Part shown: piece after piece, positions 25,172 to 31,574 of the stretch
How the letters are laid out: each line of letters opens with the position of its first letter
How positions within the stretch are numbered: the first letter of the stretch is position 1
IMG/VR virus record: IMGVR_UViG_3300048777_000037
Location: 1 to 31,574 of that record
DNA from: a virus
Taxonomy: Duplodnaviria; Caudoviricetes
Direction: 5' to 3' (one strand)
Length of the DNA: 31,574 nt
Made by a program: the position numbers and the translations under genes
The notes under the pieces: model-generated
The model's input: only the letters and a program-made list of their open reading frames with translations
Databases searched by the model: none
Told to the model about the DNA's origin: nothing

Positions 25172-25904
25172 ACCCACCCACGCGCTGGCAGTGCCTGCGC
25201 AGACGGCCATTGCGCCGATGGATTTATTGCAGCAGGCTCTATCTTCCGGCACATCGCCGGAAGTCATACGCGAGCTTGTCGCGCTTCAGCAGTCGGTCGA
25301 GCGCTTCAACTGGGAGCGCGAAGAGAGACAGTCGAAGATCGATTTCGACAATGCGCTCAATGAGTGCCAGCGCCAAATAGGGCGCATTGCACCGAACCGG
25401 GAAAGAGAAAACCAGATCATGTGGCTAGATTATGCTGGCGCGGATAAGGTAGTTCGACCTATCTACCTTGAGGCTGGATTCTCTATCGGATACTCAGAAG
25501 TGGAAAGCCCGACTGAGGGGCGGCGGATGTGCGCCACTTTATCGCGGGGTGGTGTAAGCAAGGAGTACTTCTCCAAACTGATTCCATCCGGTAACAGCAA
25601 GATGAGCACGGCTGACCAAGATGCCAGCGGTTCATCCCGCGCCATGCGGTATCTGCTGTTCAAGATTTTCAACATCGCCGTGGGCATCGACAAAGATGAG
25701 AAGTTGAACAAGGGACCAGGTATGGATCAGGCGGAGATCGACGGGCGCTGCGCAGAGATTGAAGCAGCCATCAACAAGGCAACTATCGCGCCTCTCTATT
25801 TTGGGGCGATTGAAGCTGCGCGAAAAGCACACGACCTGGCGGCGCAAGACAAATTTGTTGCCGCACGAGATAAGCGCCTTGCACAATTGGAAGGGAGAAA
25901 GTAA
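25164..25904 (+). CDS. ERF-family ssDNA annealing protein
   Basis: Start MPEPTHAL (SD GGAGG). ASGSSRAMRYLLFKIFNIAVGIDKD resembles the ERF signature. Adjacent to a YqaJ exonuclease. Confidence 0.75.
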   Translation: MPEPTHALAVPAQTAIAPMDLLQQALSSGTSPEVIRELVALQQSVERFNWEREERQSKIDFDNALNECQRQIGRIAPNRERENQIMWLDYAGADKVVRPIYLEAGFSIGYSEVESPTEGRRMCATLSRGGVSKEYFSKLIPSGNSKMSTADQDASGSSRAMRYLLFKIFNIAVGIDKDEKLNKGPGMDQAEIDGRCAEIEAAINKATIAPLYFGAIEAARKAHDLAAQDKFVAARDKRLAQLEGRK

Positions 25905-26117
25905 TGCGAATCACAAAAGAAACATCAGCCCCGGCACAAAGTACTATTTTTGCGCCGGAAACCGCCGCGCCCAGCGAAGAACCGGGCGCACCTGGCTGCT
26001 GTTAATCGGGAAGTGCTGGCTGCACTGATCATTATCGGCGCATCAGATGAACTCGGCAAGGCAATCATTGCGGCAATCGTCAAGGGCGAAGTGCCACACA
26101 CAACCATCGCGTACTAG
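25904..26117 (+). pseudogene. Frame-split remnant of a phage protein (conserved C-terminal motif)
   Basis: The coupled ATG at 25904 reads 33 aa to a stop. The +1 frame encodes KNRAHLAAVNREVLAAL...KAIIAAIVKGEVPHTTIAY*. Confidence 0.5.
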
Positions 26118-26125
26118 GAGGTACG

Positions 26126-26971
26126 ATGCGTATTGTTCACTGTGTGCAAGGGGAAGCGGAATGGTTTCAGGAGCATATCGGCAAAGTGACTGCCTCGAAT
26201 GCCTCTAAAATCCTCGACTTCACTGCCCAGAAAGACGGCAACCGAACAGACAAAAGCAAGGAGGGTGCCAAGCGGCGGAAATATCGCTATGAGAAAGTAG
26301 CTGAAATTCTCAGCATGATGGGCGGCTTTCCTCGGTTTGTTTCCTCACCAATGTTGGCAGGCACAGCCGCCGAGCCGCTAGCGCGAACCGACTACGAGTT
26401 TGAGCTTTACAAAGAATCTGGTCAGATGGTGCAGGAAGTCGGCATTGTGATCGGAGACGATGAGCGCAGCGGATGGTCGCCGGATGGGATTGTGACTGAT
26501 GAGGTGGGAGCAATCATCGGGGCAATTGAAATCAAAGGCCCACTGACCACTACGCACTTGGAAACCATCGACAACATCGCACTGAAACTGGAAACCATAC
26601 CAGAGGAAAATCTACCTCAGCTTTGGATGGCTTTTGTTGAATGCGAAACCCTGCAATGGATTGACTTTATCACCCGCGACGGAGGCATGGAAGTTGACAA
26701 GCACGTCATTGCAACGGCGAAGGCTGAAGGAACCGATCTGCGTATTTTGCCTAAGTGGTGCGCGCAAATCACCATGCGGCTCAACCGGGCCGACTGCCTG
26801 GATAAGATCGAAATGATGAGGGCTGAAAAGGTTGAATTTCTGGCGGACGTAGACGCAACGATTGAGCGCATCAAAAGCATCTGCCCGGAACTACCAGAGC
26901 CGGATACAGCGCCGCAAGGGGATAACGCGCTTGGATACCTCGATGATTCATACTTCGAGGGTTTGACTTAA
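26126..26971 (+). CDS. YqaJ/lambda-exonuclease family recombination nuclease
   Basis: QGEAEWFQEHIGKVTAS, G..AEP.AR..Y, SPDG and EIKGP motifs. Confidence 0.9.
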   Translation: MRIVHCVQGEAEWFQEHIGKVTASNASKILDFTAQKDGNRTDKSKEGAKRRKYRYEKVAEILSMMGGFPRFVSSPMLAGTAAEPLARTDYEFELYKESGQMVQEVGIVIGDDERSGWSPDGIVTDEVGAIIGAIEIKGPLTTTHLETIDNIALKLETIPEENLPQLWMAFVECETLQWIDFITRDGGMEVDKHVIATAKAEGTDLRILPKWCAQITMRLNRADCLDKIEMMRAEKVEFLADVDATIERIKSICPELPEPDTAPQGDNALGYLDDSYFEGLT

Positions 26972-27063
26972 CAGCTTGCTCCGTGCAGTGGCGTGCATGG
27001 GGCTGCGGTGGGCCGGGGATACCTCCTAACCCCGCCTGCTTACAACCTGGAGGCGGAGGAACC

Positions 27064-27300
27064 ATGCAATTGCAAAGACGCACTCGATTTGAAGCACGCA
27101 TCGACAAACGCCAAGCTGTCAATCAAGCTGAGGCGTCAGGACAAATCGCCGATTCGATGGAATATCGTACCAAACTTATGGAACGGGTCAACGCTGGGGA
27201 ACTTACTCTTGCAGACGCTCAGGAAGAGTTGAAGCGGGTTAAGAGGAACGCCAAAAAGAACGGACTCATTACCCGTAATCAAGCGTACATCCGAGGATGA
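27064..27300 (+). CDS. Hypothetical protein
   Basis: SD GGAGGA before MQLQRRTRFE. Confidence 0.65.
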   Translation: MQLQRRTRFEARIDKRQAVNQAEASGQIADSMEYRTKLMERVNAGELTLADAQEELKRVKRNAKKNGLITRNQAYIRG

Positions 27301-27896
27301 CTTCCGGACCAGCCCAACTCGCAGCGTACCACCAACAGCAACTCAGAAAGGAAGCTATGAAAGAAGCAATCGAATCAGACCCGCAATATCTCGCACAGAA
27401 GCAAGCGGAAGTAGCGGCCATGCTTGCCGGTGACGTGCCCGTAACCGCAGAGGGCCAGCCGGAGCAGTTCCGCACGATTGATCCCCTGCAAGAGAACGCG
27501 CACGCCATGCTTGCGGCGTCCAAATATGTCGTATCGCACGACGATATGCCCGCGCCCAGGGAGCACACGCCGGAAGCACCATTTGCCCCCAAGACGCGCA
27601 AGACACGTGCGGACGCTGGAATCCCCCGCGCAGCCAAGCCGAAGCCCGCAGCGCCCGAACCTGTGCCGGGAGCCGGGCCCGTAGTGAGCGTTGGGTTGAC
27701 AGAGGATCAGTTGCAAACGATATTGAATCTTGATTCTGCTCGTACTCGCGCACGACTAGAGGCGGATGATAAGGAAATTATGGCAAGGAATGCGCGGAAG
27801 GCTTCCAATGATGCAGAGGCGTATTACTTCAACTACCTCGATTCCCTCACAATCCCGGCGGCTCCGGCGACGGCGACGGCTCCGGCTACGGCGTGA
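27297..27896 (+). CDS. Hypothetical protein
   Basis: 199 aa, ATGA coupling, RKTRADAG basic motif. Confidence 0.65.
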   Translation: MTSGPAQLAAYHQQQLRKEAMKEAIESDPQYLAQKQAEVAAMLAGDVPVTAEGQPEQFRTIDPLQENAHAMLAASKYVVSHDDMPAPREHTPEAPFAPKTRKTRADAGIPRAAKPKPAAPEPVPGAGPVVSVGLTEDQLQTILNLDSARTRARLEADDKEIMARNARKASNDAEAYYFNYLDSLTIPAAPATATAPATA

Positions 27897-27918
27897 AAAT
27901 CCTCGAAGCGTAGCTCCC

Positions 27919-28064
27919 TTGCGCCAGCACGTTCGGCGCTGTACAATAACCGTATCCGCTGCGCTCGCCGTGGATTCAGGTGCTTTTGGCGACGGTCAAG
28001 AGCCGAAAAAGTGGGGGGTTGGTTCTCCGACTGACCCCCTAGCCTCAACGGAGAAGAGGTTTGA
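27919..28064 (+). promoter_or_regulatory. Promoter and three-hairpin leader of the replication gene
   Basis: TTGCGC-N17-TACAAT (27919-27947) with a near-palindromic spacer. Hairpins ATCCGC/GTGGAT, GCTTTTGGC/GTCAAGAGC and GGGGGTTGGT/ACTGACCCCC. Confidence 0.65.
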
Positions 28065-28778
28065 ATGAACGCATGGTTCCGTTTTTACCACGAATGGGAT
28101 TCTGACCCCAAAGTACAAATGATGCCTGAAGCAATGCAGCGCCGTCTTGCCATGCTCTTTTGTTGGCGATGCAAAGGTGAAACGTTTCATGTAACGCGAG
28201 CAGCGTTTCATTGGCGCGTTTCAGAAACGGACATGGAAGAGACCCGGCTGCTTTTTATGCGACAAGGCTTCATTGATGACCAATGGAATCTATTGAATTG
28301 GAACCGTCGCCAGTTTCTTTCAGACTCATCAACAGACCGTGTTCGCCGCTATAGACAAGCAAAGAAACAGGATGAAACGTTACAAGAAACAAAAGGAAAC
28401 GTTACTGAAACAGGTCTCTCTGTATCTGTATCTGTATCTGATTCTGGGTCTGTATCTGATTCTGGGTCTGTATCTGATTCTGGGTCTGAAATCATGCTCG
28501 CGTGCAATCTTTTCGAGGAGCTTGGAATCGTGGGCGGAAACGCTGAGCGCTCCGTAGCCGCCGAAGCAATTCGTCTCCTGGCTAAAGAGGGTGGCACGAC
28601 GCTCAATGCACAGCAATACATTCTCCAAGCCGGAAAAGCATTCATCGCAGACGGTGGAGTGATTGACCGATTCTGGTTCACTAAACAGTTATATCGGCCC
28701 CAACAACCCCGAAAAACTCCGCGCCAAGCCGACCGGGACGCAAAACGCAAAGCATTTATGGAGGCAAGTCTTGACTGA
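28065..28778 (+). CDS. Phage replication initiator/replisome organiser
   Basis: WFRFY...DPKVQMMPEAMQRR N-terminus, NWNRRQ..SD.ST.RVRRYR, internal low-complexity repeat linker. Confidence 0.8.
   Translation: MNAWFRFYHEWDSDPKVQMMPEAMQRRLAMLFCWRCKGETFHVTRAAFHWRVSETDMEETRLLFMRQGFIDDQWNLLNWNRRQFLSDSSTDRVRRYRQAKKQDETLQETKGNVTETGLSVSVSVSDSGSVSDSGSVSDSGSEIMLACNLFEELGIVGGNAERSVAAEAIRLLAKEGGTTLNAQQYILQAGKAFIADGGVIDRFWFTKQLYRPQQPRKTPRQADRDAKRKAFMEASLD
28178..28490. repeat. Probable origin repeats within the initiator gene
   Basis: GAAACGTT(T/A)C at 28179, 28374 and 28396. TCTGTA x3 and an 18-bp unit TCTGTATCTGATTCTGGG x3 (28431-28484). Confidence 0.6.
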
Positions 28779-29292
28779 CAGCGATCTCAAGGAGCTATAC
28801 ACCCTAGCTTGCGACACGAAGGGATTCACGCCAGATATGGGGCAGTTCAAGATGTGGAAGCCGATTCTCGGATGGTGCGATAAGCGTGATCTGGAAAAAG
28901 CGATTGTCGAATGGTATTCGTCTGACACCAATTTCCCGATGCCTGCGCTTCTCAAGCCGCTTGCCGAGGCCGCACGCCTCAAGCGTGTTCGCCCCACGAC
29001 AGGCTACGAGTACACCACAGGCTACCTCTGTCCACGGTGCGGCCTGACCGTCACCAGCTTCAACCTGGCGCGGGAGATGCGCTGTGAGCGATGCTGGAAG
29101 GGCGGCTATGTGGCAGAGGTAGGCACGACACCCGCCGAGCCATCCTACTCGCTGATGAGCGTGGTGCTACAAGAGCGCCGCGCGCGCGGCGCGGATGAGT
29201 GGGAGGATGTACTTGCTCCCGGCGGCTATGCAGCCAACCCATTGCCAGACCAATTGCGCCGCGCCAGCGGAGACTTTGAGTGTGCCTTATGA
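28771..29292 (+). CDS. Putative helicase loader/inhibitor-like protein with Zn finger
   Basis: TTG start with SD GGAGG directly after the initiator. W...FPMPA motif, CPRC...CERC. Confidence 0.55.
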   Translation: MTDSDLKELYTLACDTKGFTPDMGQFKMWKPILGWCDKRDLEKAIVEWYSSDTNFPMPALLKPLAEAARLKRVRPTTGYEYTTGYLCPRCGLTVTSFNLAREMRCERCWKGGYVAEVGTTPAEPSYSLMSVVLQERRARGADEWEDVLAPGGYAANPLPDQLRRASGDFECAL

Positions 29293-29489
29293 GCGCACTA
29301 CTTAACCGTATGCGGAAGGAAGACCCAGAAAACCTCAAACGCGCAATTGGACGCCCCCGCTGTGAGGCCGCGCATATTGCAGAGCGCTTCGGAGTGACTC
29401 GACGGCGTGTCATGATACACGGCGTGGATGTACTCAACCGTTGCGCAGATGATGCCGCACGCCGCCTGCTGCTGGGCTGCTCACGCTGA
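29289..29489 (+). CDS. Small basic hypothetical protein
   Basis: ATGA coupling with the upstream gene. Confidence 0.5.
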   Translation: MSALLNRMRKEDPENLKRAIGRPRCEAAHIAERFGVTRRRVMIHGVDVLNRCADDAARRLLLGCSR

Positions 29490-29490
29490 C

Positions 29491-29527
29491 GCACGAACGC
29501 CGCCAATGCTCCGGCGGCGTGTGGTGC
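29491..29527. terminator. GC-rich hairpin between convergent genes
   Basis: ACGCCGCC-N8-GGCGGCGT with outer GCAC/GTGC. No U tract. Confidence 0.35.
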
Positions 29528-29532
29528 GGCGG

Positions 29533-29694
29533 TTACTGTGCTGCGATCCCGTTGAACCACCCTGCGAGTCCCATGCCCAGCAGCAGGGCAAGCGTGAGCA
29601 GCGCGAGGGTTATCGCGGTGGCGTTGAATGCGTCCATGCGGTGAGCTGTGCGGTGTAGTTCGCCGGTTGGGTCGGGGATGTGGAGTGCGGTCAT
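29533..29694 (-). CDS. Small membrane protein
   Basis: ATGA coupling. Hydrophobic AITLALLTLALLLGMGLAGWF. Confidence 0.5.
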   Translation of the reverse strand: MTALHIPDPTGELHRTAHRMDAFNATAITLALLTLALLLGMGLAGWFNGIAAQ

Positions 29695-29942
29695 GGTCTT
29701 TCGCTCACTAGCACCGGAAGAACTATAAAAGAGTATCCGGGGTCTCCCTCTGCATAGTATTTCTCGCAAAATGTAGCGTGTTTCTGCGCGTCTGCATCGC
29801 GGGTATAGAGGATCAAGTTTCCTGTTTTTACCTGTGCCCCGTCTCCGCGAAGGAGTTGTCCGTTCTTCACAAACAACCCAGTGCCTGGGATTCCGACCAC
29901 AACATAGCCATTCTTCACTTTGAATCCTGTTTTTCTTGGCAT
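29691..29942 (-). CDS. Hypothetical protein
   Basis: SD GGAGGA, 83 aa. Confidence 0.6.
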   Translation of the reverse strand: MPRKTGFKVKNGYVVVGIPGTGLFVKNGQLLRGDGAQVKTGNLILYTRDADAQKHATFCEKYYAEGDPGYSFIVLPVLVSERP

Positions 29943-29991
29943 TGTCTTTCCTCCAGCGCGTTCCAGCCGCGCCCCTGTAAGTGCCGGGTGG

Positions 29992-30312
29992 TTAGTTCCA
30001 CAGTTGCGTGTCGTCGACCTGCACAGGAGCGGGATGTATCACCGTGCGCAGATCGTAGGGCATTGGGTCGAAGATCGGATGACCAGCTTCGTGCATCATC
30101 TCCTCGTCGATCAGCGCTTCAAACGCGGCAATTTGTACTGGGTCGCGCCGCCATGATAAGAGGTTATTAGGGGGCGGTTTGACGGTTTGCGAGCCTGCCC
30201 ACCACTTCCGCAAGTGTGCCCAGTCTGCCTCGATGATGGGCCAATCGAGCAGCGCAAAAGCCACCAGCATTGATGCAAGCCACACGCCGAGTATTGCTGT
30301 GATTCCGATCAT
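29992..30312 (-). CDS. Hypothetical membrane-anchored protein
   Basis: N-terminal hydrophobic segment, ATGA coupling. Confidence 0.55.
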   Translation of the reverse strand: MIGITAILGVWLASMLVAFALLDWPIIEADWAHLRKWWAGSQTVKPPPNNLLSWRRDPVQIAAFEALIDEEMMHEAGHPIFDPMPYDLRTVIHPAPVQVDDTQLWN

Positions 30313-30515
30313 GATCGCGCCTCGACTTCCCCGGCGATCTGTGCCGATGCAACGTCGGCAGAGGGCGCGGCTACGGGCTGGGCGTCTGCATGGGCGAGGG
30401 CGGCGGCAATCTTCTCTCGGGCAGCGTCGGCGGCACCGTAAAGTTGGCAGTGATCCTGCACAAAATTCAGCGCGGTGTACATCTCTTGTGCAATTTCTTG
30501 CGTAAACTGTTTCAT
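30309..30515 (-). CDS. Hypothetical protein
   Basis: SD AAAGGGA. EMYTAL...IAAALAHA phage-type motif. Confidence 0.6.
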   Translation of the reverse strand: MKQFTQEIAQEMYTALNFVQDHCQLYGAADAAREKIAAALAHADAQPVAAPSADVASAQIAGEVEARS

Positions 30516-30533
30516 CGTGTCCCTTTCCTGCGG

Positions 30534-30731
30534 TTAGCGGTTGCGGTTAGCGTCCTGATACTTGTCGATGCTGGCCCGCGAAATCTCCCACGGCGACGTG
30601 CGGCCACCGATGCCATACTTACGCGCTACCAGCGTGCCGTTCTTCGCATACTTGCGGATTGTGGCAGCACAGCCGCCCAGCGCCTTAGCCGCCTCTGCCA
30701 CCGTGAGCCATTCTGCTTTCTGTTTACCCAT
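30534..30731 (-). CDS. Excisionase-like/MerR-type helix-turn-helix protein
   Basis: WLTVAEAAKALG...TIRKYAKNGTL.A.K....W.ISRASIDKY matches the HTH_17-type pattern. Confidence 0.8.
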   Translation of the reverse strand: MGKQKAEWLTVAEAAKALGGCAATIRKYAKNGTLVARKYGIGGRTSPWEISRASIDKYQDANRNR

Positions 30732-30760
30732 TTGGTTCCTTTCTGAATTTTGATGGTGCG

Positions 30761-31405
30761 TTACTTGAAGGGATAGGGGATGAGCGACCTGATCGTGTCA
30801 GCCTTCACGCGCTCGTACTCGGCCCACGCTGTAGCCGTCACGCGCCTGTACTCGGCCAACGCTGGAGCCGTCACGCGCTCGTACTCGGCCCACGCTGGAG
30901 CCGTCACGCGCTCGTACTCGGCCAACGCTGGAGCCTTCACGCGCTCGTACTCGGCCAACGCTGGAGCCGTCACGCGCTCGTACTCGGCCCACGCTGGAGC
31001 CGTCACGCGCTCGTACTCGGCCCACGCTGGAGCCGTCACGCGCCTGTACTCGGCCCACGCTGTAGCCTTCACGCGCTCGTACTCGGCCCACGCTGTAGCC
31101 GTCACGCGCCTGTACTCGGCCAACGCTGGAGCCGTCACGCGCTCGTACTCGGCCCACGCTGGAGCCGTCACGCGCCTGTACTCGGCCCACGCTGGAGCCT
31201 TCACGCGCTCGTACTCGGCCAACGCTGGAGCCGTCCATCGATAATTGCAATTCAATAGCAACCATTCAAGCCAATCGCCGCGTTCACAACTGTCCCAGGT
31301 TTCGCGCAGAGTCTTTCCACTCTGCCACTTCAAAGCCTCCCTGCAAGCGCCTTCATCGTTCAACCATTTTGCAAATGCTTGGGCGTCCATCGGTGGGTTC
31401 TTCAT
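30761..31405 (-). CDS. Protein with 13 x 11-aa tandem repeats (alternative in-frame start at 31516)
   Basis: SD AAGGA before MKNPP. GACREALKW...WDSCERGDWLEWL domain, then (T/K)A(P/T)A(W/L)AEY(E/R)RV repeats. Confidence 0.8.
   Translation of the reverse strand: MKNPPMDAQAFAKWLNDEGACREALKWQSGKTLRETWDSCERGDWLEWLLLNCNYRWTAPALAEYERVKAPAWAEYRRVTAPAWAEYERVTAPALAEYRRVTATAWAEYERVKATAWAEYRRVTAPAWAEYERVTAPAWAEYERVTAPALAEYERVKAPALAEYERVTAPAWAEYERVTAPALAEYRRVTATAWAEYERVKADTIRSLIPYPFK
30800..31234. repeat. 33-bp coding tandem repeat, 13 copies
   Basis: Unit GCCGTCACGCGCTCGTACTCGGCCCACGCTGGA with four biallelic positions. Confidence 0.95.
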
Positions 31406-31574
31406 GATTTCCTTTCGTAATGAGTGTCGTGCCGGATGCGTCCGGCGGGCGGTTAGGCTGATACAGAGCGATAGCGCCGCCTCTGCCACCGTGAGCCATT
31501 CTTTTTGTTTACTCATTTGGTTCCTTTTTGTTAGGTGCGAGTATTGCACTAAGCTGTATGGCGTTTTGGCTTAG

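Larger units (their letters stand above)
30688..31530. repeat. ~55-bp direct repeat (30688-30745 and 31476-31530) flanking the repeat-protein gene
   Basis: 27-bp identical core GCCGCCTCTGCCACCGTGAGCCATTCT plus shared TGTTTAC.CATTTGGTTCCTTT. Confidence 0.9.

Noticed and set aside
30800-31234. CRISPR array or DGR template/variable repeat
   Set aside because: Contiguous tandem units without spacers, variation is not adenine-specific, and no cas or reverse transcriptase gene is in the window.
31431-31446. REP-like palindrome GCCGGATGCGTCCGGC
   Set aside because: A single short copy, too little evidence.

Overview
Segment of a tailed dsDNA phage or prophage with a podovirus-like (P22/T7-type) gene order. 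No host genes, integrase or lysis genes are recognisable in the window. Bases 1-23544 form a minus-strand late operon: Zn-ribbon protein, large terminase, nine intervening genes, portal, scaffold, major capsid, free-standing GIY-YIG/NUMOD3 endonuclease, adaptor, large tail-nozzle protein, GNAT-like protein and ejection-type proteins running off the left edge. Bases 24313-29489 form a plus-strand recombination/replication module (ERF-like annealase, YqaJ exonuclease, replication initiator with probable origin repeats, helicase-loader-like protein). Bases 29533-31516 hold minus-strand small genes, including an HTH protein and a protein with 13 copies of an 11-aa repeat. The most unusual features cluster at the head of the late operon. 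(i) The terminase gene appears to start at 22722 and has an in-frame UGA at codon 22 in a CCU-UGA-CCU context, a candidate stop-hop site; this UGA lies in a long hairpin that sequesters the gene's own SD and AUG. (ii) Two predicted catalytic Asp residues of the terminase nuclease are replaced by Asn and Gln. (iii) A complete CCA-ending tRNA-like element with alanine identity (G3-U70, A73) but a non-canonical anticodon arm is embedded in the open frame of the upstream Zn-ribbon gene. Product calls come from motif recognition and gene order, not database searches.
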